64,000 nucleotides of DNA, taken from assembly GCA_951406725.2 (NCBI GenBank), contig OX597820.1:84258001-84322000 (forward strand). Reading direction: 5' to 3'. Source of the stretch: Octopus vulgaris. Its lineage: Eukaryota. Under the pieces are notes generated by a model that was not told the DNA's origin, made no database searches, and saw only the letters and a program-made list of their open reading frames with translations. The position numbers were made by a program, and so were the translations under genes. Below are positions 1 through 13,402 of this stretch, piece by piece; within the stretch, counting starts at the first letter, position 1, and the number at the start of each line of letters is the position of its first letter.

Positions 1-1012
1 ACCCTCTCACACACAAATACAATCACATAGACAAACATACATACATATATTTTGCAACAAATTTAATGTTATGTTCCTATGGGAACATTCCCTGTAAGAA
101 GTAGGAGTAATTTAGGATTTTCTTCCTCGAGTTTATTTTCTGTGCAGATTTATGTTTCCTTCTTAAATCTCTTCCATAACTTCGACTGAAAACATTAACG
201 TTAAATTTGTGCCTGTATTGAAAACAATGCTCTATTGTAATACTAATACCATAGCATGAAATAGCAGGGCTGTAACATTTACTTTTGTTTTACAAGCTTA
301 TCATTTAAGATTTCGGTATTGATAACTTGAATACCAACAGTGCAAAACAGGAGCTTTCAATTCTAGTTAGATCCTGATTAAACAAGGGTGGCTGTGAAAA
401 GTAGTCGACTACGATAAAAGAGATATTTCGTATAAAATGTCAGCAAAGTCGTAAATAAAGTAATGAAGATGTGACATTTTAATGCACTTAACAAGAGCCA
501 GATCACTAAGATTAAATGGAAATAGAGTGTCGTATAAAATCTGTTGAAGAGAAATAATCGACTGGATTAGAAGAATGACAACTTGGTTACATGTTGGGGT
601 AAATCCAGTGTGCTGCTGATTATTTTAATAAAACACTTAAGTCTACTGAATGGACTCATGTCAGCTCAGTATTTGGCACTGATTTCTAATCATATATTGA
701 AGTTTTCTATAGAACTGTATTCATAAATGTTCCATGGATGTATACAGGAATACTTTTATATACATCCATACAAACAAACAAACACAAGCATACGCACACA
801 CAAATATATTCATATGCATATGTATACGCACATAACATAACGTATTGATGCATTCTCAATATGTTCTGGCAGATTCAAACGTAAATATCTAATCTCTTTT
901 ATCTGTCCTCTATCGGAGAATTTCCTCATCCCTTACGAGAATGTGAGTCACCGGTTCCCAGGCTAAAAGGGACTTTGAGACATCACGGGGTTTCGACTTT
1001 GTTGAATCTCAC

Positions 1013-1277
1013 CTCTGGCAAAACTAATCTGCAGATTCAGTGAATCAGACAAGTGCACGAATACTTATTTGTAGGAATCAGCAAGCAAAATATTTGTTGA
1101 TGCGTTGTGTTGTCTTCCGTGCTGCGTAAATTCAGGGGCGTCACGCAGAACAACGCATGCATTCATTAGTATGTCGCGGTAGATTCGAACGTGAATGTCT
1201 GTTCACCGCTGCTTTTTCATCGTTGGAGAACACCTCTTCCCTTTATACGTTGTGTGCCGTTGCCGCAAGTGATTCAC
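1013..1277 (-). other. Candidate non-coding (5'UTR/lncRNA) exon
   Basis: Minus-strand acceptor tctctttccacag|G at 1278/1277 and donor CAGAG|gtgaga at 1013/1012. Non-repetitive and richer in GC/CpG than its flanks. All three frames contain stops, with only short ATG-initiated ORFs. Confidence 0.3.
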
Positions 1278-2133
1278 CTGTGGAAAGAGACTTTCAGGCA
1301 ACATGGTGTTTTGACCTCGTGTATCTCGTCTGACAAGTTTAGCTTACTAGACCAAAGAAGTTTAAAAAATCACGAAAGAGAAAATAGGAAAGAGAAAATA
1401 ATTATGTTGCGCAATAAATTATTAGAAATATACATGACAGCCAACTAGCTCAACTATAGGGGGACTATTTGATAATCATTGTCATATTGAACAGACCAAA
1501 CAACTGAATAACTTAATTTTCATCTTGACACATGCAATGACAATCGATCTGAAGGCATAATCAGAAATATAAATGCCTTATAAAGATTCAAAAGTTTATC
1601 CACTGAGAAACATTGTTTTCGGGCATACGGTGGTTAAAAATTAAATTACTGAATTATCCTTACGGGATTTGAATTCACATTATGTAAAGCAATGACGTTG
1701 ATAATGTGAATGAAATAGTCTGGTTTTACGTCCGCTAAGCAACATATATAGCCACACCACTAGTAATTTCTTTTGATATAAGTCATTGATTTGTTAAATT
1801 ATTTGATACTGTTCATACTGAATAAGTTCTTACGCCATGTTTAATTTTTGTTTGTGTACACATTTGTTTCTACAAATAATACTACTATACATTATGCTCT
1901 CTTCCTCTTTATCTGTCTTACACGCATACATACGCACACAACTAAACACACACACTCACCGGCGTACAGACACATTTTTCACTATTTTATTTCATGATAT
2001 TTTAATTCCGCTCTTTTAGATATGTTTAGTCTCTAGAGATGTACTTCCTGAACGCAACCAATAGAATATTAATCACTAAATTCAGGAGACATCTGAAGTT
2101 GTATTTAAGGTGTATTTACTCTTCGTTCCTATA

Positions 2134-3339
2134 TCTATAATATCTTACTATAATTGACGTGATGCCCGTCTGTCTGTATGTGGCCTCTTCACGGTCAAAC
2201 GGCTAGACCAATGGTCACGATGTTCTTCGAGATTACGAGCGAGGTTATCAGGAAGGTTTTCAGCGAAAAAAAATGTGATAAAGTATGATTATTTACTGGA
2301 TATTCAGAGTAATTGTTCAGTTTAAGAGCGTAAATAAAAGTAAATAAAAATTAAATGGGACATAACTAATAAACGAAGCAAAGAGAAGTAAGTAATCTGA
2401 CGATAATGGGCGTTATGTCCGTCTCTCTGTCTGTTCCCTTTTGTCGGTCAAACGGCTGGACCAATGGTCATGATATTTTTCGCGATTACGAAGCAGGTAA
2501 ATAGGAAAAATGTGAAAAAGTATGATTAGTTAGTGTATATTAACATTTCTAGTAATAAATCACCTTTGACGTTGTTTTTTTCTTTATTTTTTGTTAAAAT
2601 TCTGACAACGATGATAAACTCCCCGTATAGTTCGTGAAGTTAGAGGTTTGAGACTTGCGATGCCATCCCTTTATTTCGCATCACAGATGTGCAAATTTCT
2701 ATAGATTCCATTCGCGCATTTACAGCAAACAAAGCACGAGGCAAGACTTTAGATCTTGTAGGTGTATTTTTACCTACTCCAATGTTTACACACGACCAGT
2801 TATACGTCGCTATGAGTAAATCAACAAACTCCAGGAATTTGAAAATCAGTGTCGACCAAACAGAAAATTTCGTCTACAAGGAAATTTTGTAATAATATTG
2901 ATATTATCGCAAGGAATATGGTTCATAATTCAAATAAGGAATTTTGTGAACTTTGAATGTATAAGTGTATAAACAAGCTTAAAATATTGTAAACTAAAAT
3001 AAAAGTATATCTAAATAAAACATTTTTCTTGATACTTTTTTATGTAGAGGTCGACGGAAGCTCCGGCTTTTGTCAGGAATGGTCCACATAACCATTCATG
3101 ATACAGAGGCTGGGAACCTATTTCCGTTCGGGAGTGAATCGTCATCACATGTCATCACATGTCATTTTGTCTCAAAAAAAAAAATAGAAAGTTGTATCAC
3201 CAGTTGTATCACTTAGAGATTTCTCTAAGGCATCACCCAGTTATGTATCAAGCTCATTCGGATATTTATCAATACATACTGCTGTTACGACTTTCCTCCC
3301 TTATCATATGCCTCCATCGTAGACGGGTAGATTTGCTAT
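2134..3339 (+). mobile_element. Non-autonomous, internally deleted Helitron
   Basis: Starts A|TCTATAATATC, then gtctgtctgt and cacggtcaaacggctagaccaat (Helitron-type 5' end). Ends in a degenerate hairpin cctccatcgtagacggg (3311-3327) and CTAT|T (consensus CTRR|T). Contains a helicase C-terminal remnant. Confidence 0.7.
2659..2892 (+). pseudogene. Helitron Rep-Hel C-terminal fragment (PIF1-family helicase motifs V/VI)
   Basis: AFTANKARGKTLDLVGVFLPTPMFTHDQLYVAMSK...TENFVYKEIL* matches the Helitron consensus AMTINKSQGQTL..VG.YL..PVFSHGQLYVA.SR...T.NVVYKEVL*, with several conserved residues substituted. Confidence 0.85.
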
Positions 3340-4116
3340 TGTCTATACTATGAAAACCGGGATTGTATTTGGTTATAAATAACGACTCTTAGCCTTGTAT
3401 ACGTACATACAAATTAAATACACGCTTCCACACGCGCGCACACGTACACCTAGCAGACACATACATACATAAACATGAAACATTTAGAGAGATTTAGCTG
3501 TAACGCACAGTCTATTATACCGATATAACACATAATATAATATAAGACCGGCTCGTCAGACTGTCGGTTGGGTATTTCATATTGTTAACGATCCGATTTC
3601 AAATACAGCAGGTCCGCCTTTCACTCTTCCAGCCCAGTTAAATATAATACCACTACATTATTGTATTGATTCAACTAATTCTGTCACAATTTCTGGAAGA
3701 TATCAACTACTATCAGACCGCCAGTTGTAAATGCCCAATGAGACGACACATGTCAAGAAGGTTCTTCTAAGAGGTCGTTCAGATTTGAGGGTCATAACGT
3801 ATACATAGATGAATGTGTCCAATTCAGCAGATGGGTTACGTCCACTTCAAAAATTTATACCACAGGCCGGGAAGGTATGCTATTGTGATGTATCCAGCAG
3901 GTTGTTTCTCCGTACAAATAGAAATACGGTTTCCTATGTCAAATTGTCACGTCTTTAGAAACCTTTAAAACACATTATAGTGAGTAAAATGCATTACACA
4001 GCTTCAATTTCAGTAGAATACTGACGTAAGTTTTAGTTGATTTCTATTTTATGTAGACTAGCGGAAACGCTCAAATTATACGGAGAGAAAATTTTTAAAA
4101 GGCTAAGCACTGCAAG

Positions 4117-4280
<164 letters not shown>

Positions 4281-4364
4281 GTGGGTATACACACATAAAG
4301 GCTTCGATGCATAGGTTGTCATAAACCGCTCCAATATGCTATCAATGTAACAACTTAAAATTAA

Positions 4365-4570
4365 GGCAGAGAGCTAGCAGAATCGATAGCACATTGAACA
4401 AAATGCTGAACAACATTTCTTCCGGCTCTATCAGTGCTTAGTTCCAATTCCGTCTTCTTTGACTCTCATTATTTCAGAGTCAATAATGGAAGTACCGGTT
4501 GAGTAATGGGGTCGATCTAATCGAAGATGTGCTTCACTAAATTTGCTGAATTTTTGCCAAAATGTGAAAG
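4365..4570 (+). mobile_element. tRNA-derived SINE family A, diverged
   Basis: Head GGCAGAGAGCTAGCAGAATCGATAGCAC and body gtaccggttgagtaatggggtcgatctaatcga, matching copies at 18941, 22655 and 53680. Confidence 0.7.
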
Positions 4571-5124
4571 GTAAATAGGTTGAAACACATCATGATATTC
4601 TCTATTACAAATGCCATTCCCGCTTCATAGTGCATATTTCCATCAAAATATATAAATATTTTTGAGCACCAAATCTATTTTTTTGAAAGAGTTCCATAGA
4701 AACTTCAATCAAACTCAAATGTAACCAGCTTGCGAAATTTTTTTGAAAACTATACAGGTTGAATGACCGGCAGACGAGAATATTCCTTTCAAAATTTGTT
4801 AGAAAGGGAATATTTACGGATAAATGATTGGAAGTAGTGTGCATCTCTGCTTCGATTGTAAAATTTACATTTGTAACAAAAATTATTAGTGCACATGCCT
4901 ATATTAATTTCGTATTAAGTGAGACATGGATTATTCTGCAAGGAATTTACAAAAAAAGATAGCATTACAACTTTGTAAATACTCCGTTGTTATTACGTGT
5001 AAAGATTTAAAATAAATACATGTATTTAACAGATACACTATATATACATATATATATATATATATGGATGGATAGATAGATAGATGGATATACATACCTG
5101 TAATACAGTCAGTAGCCATAATAG

Positions 5125-5320
5125 ATCATTAGCCACTACACCCATTTTTTTTTTCTCCTTGTTTCTCTCCTTGTTTTTTCTGTGTCCCTTTCTGTAGAAG
5201 AGCGTAGGCTCGAAACGTAAAAGACTTGTTCTATTGCTGAGCGTTATACTAATACATCTGTTTGTTTTGTACACCACCTGTCTCCGTCTTTTGTCTTTTT
5301 TCGTAAACCCTCCCCATTCA
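5125..5320 (+). mobile_element. Short Penelope-like terminal-repeat element with hammerhead-like motif (family P1)
   Basis: Second copy at ~30690-30930. Contains CTTT-CTGTAGA-A-GAGC(GTAG)GCTC-GAAA-CGTA-AAAG. Confidence 0.55.
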
Positions 5321-5398
5321 TGTAATACACACATATATATAAATATATATACACATTTATATATATGTACATATATATGTATATGCATATGAAGGAAG

Positions 5399-5640
5399 GA
5401 AGCACTCCGTCGGTTACAACGACGAGGGTTCCGGTTGATCCGAATCAACGGAACAGCCTGCTCGTGAAATTAACGTGTAAGTGGCTGAGCACTCCACAGA
5501 CACGCTACCCATAACGTAGTTCTCGGGGATATTCAGCGTGACACAGAGAGTGACAAGGCCGGCCCTTTGAAATACAGGTACAACAGAAACAGGATGTAAG
5601 AGTGACAGAAAGTTGTGGTGAAAGAGTACAGCAGGGATCA
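5399..5640 (-). mobile_element. SINE family C, 5'-truncated
   Basis: Near-identical reverse complement of 58170-58413; also matches 12241-12465. Confidence 0.85.
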
Positions 5641-5680
5641 TATGCATATATATGTGTGTGTGTGTGTACGTATGTATATA

Positions 5681-5932
5681 GACGTAGGTGTGGCTGTGAG
5701 GTAACAAGCTCGCTCCCCAGCCTGGTGGTCCTAGGTTCAGTCCCACTGCGTGGGAACTTGTGCAGATGTCTTCCACGTTAACCTCAAGGTGACCAAAGCA
5801 TTGTGAGTGGATTTGGCTGATGGAAACTGAAAGAAGCCTGACGAATATATATATATATATATATATTCTTCTAAAATTTCTACATGGTGGTGCCCCGGCA
5901 TGGTCGCAGTCTAACAACCAAAGCAAGTGGAA
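5681..5932 (+). mobile_element. tRNA-derived SINE family B, internally deleted
   Basis: A-box-like tggctgtgaggtaa, B-box-like ggttcagtccc, body ggaaactgaaagaagcc, tail ggtgccccggcatggtcgcagtc. Confidence 0.8.
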
Positions 5933-6399
5933 GATATAATTATGTATGTGTATGTGTATGTGTGCCCTGTGTGTGAGTGTCTGTTTGTGTGTGTATGTGT
6001 ACATATGCTTGTACTTACATACGTGTGTATCTTTGTGTTGCATGCAGCCAGCGCGCATGTGTATGAAACGTCCCTCGTTGCGTAGACTCCTGATAGTTTC
6101 ATATTTGTCAACTATTCTTGTGTTATTTCACTTATTGTTTTGAGTTACACATAAAACTAATGAGCATGCAATAATATTTTGTCCATAAATCATATGTTAA
6201 CCTTAAATAATGAATGTTACAATTATAGTGTGTCGATTCTACAATATTTTCTACAAACAGTACTTTATGTCGAATGATAATTTATTGATTGCATTCAATG
6301 TAAGATTCTACGCTGCTCACAGATATACATACATATATAGGCACAAAAAGTTTGGATGCATAAATGCATAAGTGCATACATACATATATACATACATAC

Positions 6400-6610
6400 G
6401 TTGTACCGTTGGCGATTTATTTTCCTCTATCTTCCCTTCTCGGGATCTTTCCTTCTCCTATGATTCCGACGAAGAGCTCCGCTCGAAACGTTAAACCCTC
6501 CTTCTTCCCTTCTTTCCTGAGCGTCCAATAATACTTTATTTGTTCCACGTCCTCGCATTGTTGTGTTTTTTTTGGGTTTTTTTGTGTGTTTTCTTGTTTG
6601 GATTAACTAT
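6400..6610 (+). mobile_element. Short Penelope-like terminal-repeat element with hammerhead-like motif (related to P1)
   Basis: CCGACGA-A-GAGC(TCC)GCTC-GAAA-CGTT-AAAC at 6466-6496; downstream ctgagcgtccaataatac resembles ctgagcgttatactaatac in the 5125 element. Confidence 0.55.
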
Positions 6611-6616
6611 GTATAT

Positions 6617-6674
<58 letters not shown>

Positions 6675-8213
6675 ACACAGATTTGTACATACATATATAT
6701 ACATACATAGATGCATACACACACATATTTGAAACACACATCCACTCAGACACAGGTATACCCATATATGGAAAGGAATGTTAAAATATGATGATGGAAA
6801 CGTGTCATCGAATGTTAAGCAGGTAATTGGTTATTCACAGAAGAAATAGAGTGTTTAATACTATATTTACTCGTTGTAATGTTATAACGAGCCATGAATG
6901 ATGTAACAATGATCATTGTAAACTATATTAAACCAGTAATTACAGAGCATTGTGAAGCTGAAATGCCATTTTCTGAATAACAATACCACACATATTAGAT
7001 TTCAAACTGATGCGGAGTGTTGAACGACATAGGAAAATGTGACTTTAATTTCTTTCCTAATTCCTGTATTAAGTAGTCTATTATAAAGAAATTGCAATTA
7101 TGAGTGGTTAATATGGGATATATTTTTTGCTCGTAATATTTCTTCCAGCAGAAAATGAACTGCCTCTGCGGTATTTAAAAAGCTGTTTATATAGTAGCTG
7201 ATACGGTGGATGTAGTTCAAATTCTTGGATAAATGGAGAAAACAAGTATCTGTAAACAATGTAAGTGTTTTATAATTCGGGCGGGAATTATCATAAGTAT
7301 CTATGGTCCATATTTGCTTTCGAGTGCGATTAGATGTATTCAAGACTAAATAGAGTCCTAGTTTCTGGAAAATATGTACAAAATAATCCGAAAACTTTTG
7401 ACAGCAGACAGTTGATTAATTAGTAGATTATTTGTCATGTTAATGTTCATAGATTCAGCTTAGGCATGGTATTTGGCGTAATAGTTTCATGTGAATGAAA
7501 CATGAGAAGGGAAGCTTTGTAGAGAAGTGAAAATTCATATACCCCCAACTGTGGGAATGGATCATGTAGGGTGTCGATATATTGGATGTGTGTACGGGAT
7601 GTTGAGGCATACAAGTAGTAATATATTCAGGTAAGATCCTTCAGCGAACCTTGAAATTATGGATAAAACCAGCATCTAACGGCGCTCTATTTACCAAATA
7701 TTGCGGAGGCGAAACCAGAAGGTGATAAGAATTGAAAAGATCTTCAGGACATATAGAGTTAAAAAATCTCTTCTGGTGGTTAATTATGATAGAGAGAAGG
7801 GGAAAAAGAGAGAGAGAGAGAGAAAGAGAGAGAAGGAGAGAGAGAGTGACATCGATAGATATATAGATTGATAGACAGAGAGAGACATATAGACAGAAAT
7901 AGATTGATATTATTATAGCTCTTTATTGTTGATGTCTGTCTGCATCACTTTTACGATGTTGGAAATAAATGCGATAGAAAAAGAGGTGCCAGGATTATAG
8001 AGTAATATGTTAAAAAATTCGGAATATATGCTAGAATGAAGACAGGAAGCGATGTAAATACGAGAAATGAAACAGGGCTGGTACTCGCTAAGGAGACGTA
8101 ATAAATGGAATGATGTTATGACTATGGGGATTACCGTGCATTATGTACATTTAACAGGGAAGCACACAGACGTATAAATTTATGTATGTATGTAAATATT
8201 TGAAGAAATAAAA

Positions 8214-8660
<447 letters not shown>

Positions 8661-8661
8661 T

Positions 8662-9063
8662 ACAGGACATCAAAAACGTCAACAAAATGAGAAACGAGAC
8701 AGGTAACATAAAGAACATTTCCTTCATTAGGTGTCCTCTGTTTTATCTACTCCGCGTTCCGAAGGTAAGAACTAGACGCGACTTCGTAAAAAGAGACCTT
8801 CCCTCAAAGCAAATTAAGTTAAAGTAAGGATTTTCTACGGAGGGTTAAAATGGTAACAAAAGCAGGACACTAAGAATAAAACAGTAAAAAGCAAACGGTG
8901 AGGGCTATTAATTCAAGACGATCTGAAGTGGTGAACGCTGTAAAAACGAGATTTGAGAATACAGATGCAAAAGCACGCCTTGTCTTTAGGAAGGAAGTGG
9001 AAGAAAGGAAGATGGATAGCTGTTGGTCACTTGTGAGCAACAAGAGAGTCAAGAAGGAAGAGT

Positions 9064-9094
<31 letters not shown>

Positions 9095-9240
9095 GGAACG
9101 GTTAAGGGGAGAGGAGAAGGATAGGGAAAGGTTGGGAGAGGAAAACAGATAGGAAGAAGAAGAGGAAGAAGAGAAGGAGATGTATAGAAAGAATAGAGAG
9201 GGATAGAGTGCACATCGGAATTATAAAGATAAAACTTACT
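8662..9240 (-). mobile_element. Interspersed repeat (family P2, possibly Penelope-derived)
   Basis: 8662-8790 aligns with 9450-9570 (ggacatca...ctgttttatctactc.gcgttccgaaggta). Right boundary uncertain. Confidence 0.45.
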
Positions 9241-9324
9241 TGAAAATGGATACGTGGCGTTCCATTATATAATGATATAAATAATATATAAATATATGCA
9301 TATATAAATACATATATTTATATA

Positions 9325-9432
<108 letters not shown>

Positions 9433-9449
9433 CATGCATATATGAATAC

Positions 9450-9570
9450 AGGACATCATAAAACAGTCAATAAAATGTGGAAACCAGTACATAAAAAAAC
9501 AATCTCTTCATCAGTAGTCCCCTGTTTTATCTACTCTGCGTTCCGAAGGTAGGGACAATACGCGACTTCA
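9450..9570 (-). mobile_element. Second P2 copy
   Basis: Homologous to 8662-8790; CTGATGA on the minus strand at 9508-9514. Confidence 0.5.
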
Positions 9571-9585
9571 TATATAAATAAATAA

Positions 9586-9623
<38 letters not shown>

Positions 9624-9625
<2 letters not shown>

Positions 9626-9788
9626 AACCGCTCAGTCGAAGTCGAGTCTCAGTCATTCGTTGGATCAGTGTCTTCCAGTCAGTTCTATCCTGGGCCGCTT
9701 CATTCAGATTGGCTATGTCCATTCCGGTATCACTCTTGATGGTGTCAAGCCAGTGGGTTCTTGGTCGGCCTCTTCCTCTCTTGCCACG
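9624..9788 (-). mobile_element. RTE/BovB-clade LINE 3' end (ORF C-terminus)
   Basis: Open frame RGKRGRGRPRTHWLDTIKSDTGMDIANLNEAAQDRTDWKTLIQRMTETRLRLSG*, typical of the RTE/BovB C-terminus, followed by (TA)n. Confidence 0.85.
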
Positions 9789-10139
9789 AATAATAAATTA
9801 CAAACTGTATTGATTAACACTCGAGTTTAATATATTTTTTATTACTCATCATATATAATAATAAACGTTAATACATACGTACATACACATGTATGTATGT
9901 ACGTTTGTATATATGCGTATATGTATGTATTTACGTACGTATGCGTATGTATGTATGTATGTATGTATGTATGTATGTGTGCATACATGGATATATGTGT
10001 GTGTATTTATGTATATATTGCTTATGTATTCATAAACAAATCGTTCAAAAACACGAACTTAATATTTCCCTAAATATCTAGTATCCATACACAGATTCAT
10101 ATACAAATAAATACAATAGAACACAATACATTTGATAAA

Positions 10140-10445
10140 AGTCTTCACTACTATAGCCTTGCTTGACTAGTGCCTATTGTGTTGATTTTCTAGACGGAAA
10201 ATGTGTGGAAGCCCGTCCTCTTTATAAATGTACGTATGTGAATTATTCATTGCGCCGCCGTTTCCCCAACCTCTTGACAGCCGGTGTTAGTTTGTTTACG
10301 TCTTCTTAACCAAGAACTGCAAAAAAGACCCATTGAGTAAGTACCAGACTTAAAAGTAATATGTAAAGAGATATGCCTGTAGACTAAAATCCCTTTTCAA
10401 ACACCAATACTAGCGCAGAGTCAAAACTGAAACAAATGTAAGAAG
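10140..10445 (+). mobile_element. SINE family B, old partial copy
   Basis: gtcttcactactatagcctt...gacggaaa...ttgacagccggtgttagtttgtttacgtc...actgaaacaa. Confidence 0.6.
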
Positions 10446-10888
10446 ACATGGGAACATTTTGTATATTCGGAAGTTTTTACATATATAGTCGAAATGAAAC
10501 TAAACTTTCTATTTTTATAATTTAATAGCAATGTTATATTCTTCGTTTGCTCTCTCATCAATATTCATGTCTTATATGCCATCGAGGAACGTGCACTACA
10601 ACTAAAATATTGAAAGTAAACCTTTCGTCAGATGTCAAACACGAAAAGGAACACAAACTGAAATATGTTACTGGAAGATCTCAGAATAGATAGCACACTA
10701 GATAAACTTCCTTGATGCACTTTGTCCCGGTCTTTTAAGTTGTGAGTTCAAATTATGTCTATGATGCTATGCGTTTAGAACCTTCTGGAGGGGATGAAAT
10801 AAACACTGGTCGACACAAAGTGTCCAGTATAGATTTCTGATAGACAAGCTGTAGAGAAGAATCAATATTAACAGTAAATACACACACA

Positions 10889-10963
<75 letters not shown>

Positions 10964-11030
10964 CATACAGATATAGACATAGATAGGTAAATAGACAGAT
11001 AGAGATAAAAATTGATAAATAGATCTCCCT

Positions 11031-11104
<74 letters not shown>

Positions 11105-11559
11105 CTCTGTGTGTGAGTATATGTCTTTGTATGTGTTTCAGTTTGTGTTTGTACTGCTTTTACTTGGGAAGGTTACTAAATAATATGCATTAAAAAACTA
11201 TTAAACGTTGAAGTTGATATAAATTAAGCAATTCATTAATAATGCCCAGTGATGAATAAGCACTATGTATGTACACAATATGAAAAAAAAAAGGCAACTA
11301 GATTTAAAGGCTTGTGTACATATTGGTTCAGCAAGGGGCGTAACTATATACCTGCTGTTTGTTACGTTGTGCATTTATAACTTTATGTTTGTATGGTTTT
11401 ATAATACTTTGTGCTGGTGAGATTGATTTGGCTGTGACATAGTCACAGAACCGGAAATATAGCTTTGCTAAACAAACAAAATTGCAAACCAAGCATGTAC
11501 ATTAACAAGCAACAACAAACAAAACAATACACACGGGCGCACACGCACACACACACACT

Positions 11560-11590
<31 letters not shown>

Positions 11591-11788
11591 GCACGCACGC
11601 ACATACATATACACTTGAATGAATGAATGATAACTTCGATATCCAAGACCAGACTTTAATGTTTGTTAATGATTGCAACATGAATAACGAAGTCGCCAAT
11701 ATGTCTGGTCTGAACTAAGCAACCGGATTATCGTAGCTAACGGGACATTGAGGAATCGATTAACAAGTTGTAAGACAGGTAGTATGAA

Positions 11789-11824
<36 letters not shown>

Positions 11825-12240
11825 TGTGTGCGCGTATGTACGTTTGTGTGTCTATGATGCTGTGTATGTGAGGGAACGCTTTGGAGTGGTAAACTGTGTA
11901 TTGAAAAATTGGGTTTAATAGAATGAATCTGAGTTGAATCAATGTGGTGAATAGTAGGAAACGGCTAGAGCTTACAGTGGAGAGAGGGAATCAAGGATAA
12001 TAGAAATTAAAGAGAGGAGAAAATTTTAAAATAGCATTTGAGCATCGAAGAGAAGTGAAAACGTGAGGGGGTGGATTTATTAAAAAAGAAATTTATTAAG
12101 AAAACAGTTTGCGGTCCAGTTATGGACTCAGCTCCTGGAACCAAAAAAATAATATATATATAAATGTGTGTGTGTGTGTGTGTGTCTGTGTCTGTGTGTC
12201 TCTGTGTGTGTGCGTGTGTCTGTCTCTGTGTGTGTATCGT

Positions 12241-12465
12241 GGCACTCCGTCGGTTACGGCGACGAGGGTTCCAGTAGATCCGTTCAACGGAACCGCCTGC
12301 TCCTGGAATTAACGTGCATGTAGCTGAGCACTCTACAGACACGTGTACCCTTAATATATAGCTCTCGGAGAGATTACTCGCGACATAGTGTGACAAGGCT
12401 GGCCCTTTAAAATAGAGGTACAACAGAAGCTGGAAGAAAGAACGAGAGAAATTTGTGGTGAAAGA
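12241..12465 (-). mobile_element. SINE family C, 5'-truncated
   Basis: gcactccgtcggttacggcgacgagggttcc...acaaggctggccc, homologous to the 5399 and 58053 copies. Confidence 0.85.
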
Positions 12466-13402
12466 TATATGTTTGTATTTGTGTGTATCTGTGCGTATGT
12501 GTGCGTATGTGTGATAGTATGTGTGTGTGTGTGTTAGTGTGTGTGTGTTAGTGTGTGTGCGTGTGTGTGTGTGTTCGTTTTTTTTGTGTTTATTCTGGGA
12601 GGAAAAAGTTTTAGTAGGAAATGGCAGTAAAAGTAGGCATAATAAAAAGAACTATCAAATCAGTGAGTTAGTATTATACCGAAATGAGAAAATACGTATA
12701 TTTTGGGGATGGTTGTGCGAGAGGGTGGGAAGGCATGCAGAACAAGAAAGTCATTTGAAAGCTAGTCTCTTAAGTATAACTGCAGCAACAAAATACTGGT
12801 TTCTACGGTGATGAGATAATTTCTGTAAAACACCCTCGTAATTGCTGTTGATTGCATATAATTGTTTTAATTCTCCACCGCCTCTCCGTCATCGTTTGCG
12901 TTTTATCCCTTTCTTTCAATAACACGTCGTATGGTAATTTTGCAGTTGCTTCTGAATAATGCAAATTGTGTCAGTTGGCAGTATGAGTTAAAACAATGCG
13001 TGTATGTTTGTGTGAGCAGGAAATGACATGCATGCATGATTGTGTGAAACCGCATGTATGTACGAAGGCATGCGTATATGTATGTATATATATATATATA
13101 TACACATACAGACACATATATACATGCATACGCACATACACACACATACTCACATATTGTGTGGGTGTGTGCACGAGATCGCGTACTTGCGTCTTTGTGG
13201 GAATATATAAATCATAGCTGTAGCACCTGAAAGTATTCACCAAGCTTTCACAAAATCTTTTTAAGGTGCGTATGTATTAGCGACCTAATTTGGCCACCCT
13301 CTCTGTTCTCATGTGTCAGCTAAAAGGAGAATGAACTGCGCAGGGTTGTTGACTGTAGTCATTGTTAGAAAAGTTGACTGGACAAGCGAAAAAGCAACTT
13401 AC

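Noticed and set aside
5414-6058. 214-aa ORF (and similar ones at 12007, 58164, 35073, 56263)
   Set aside because: Chance read-through of SINE bodies and microsatellites; the shared peptides reflect shared SINE sequence.
7149-7260. Possible plus-strand exon (ttcttccag ... gtaagt)
   Set aside because: Stops in all three frames and no supporting neighbouring exons.
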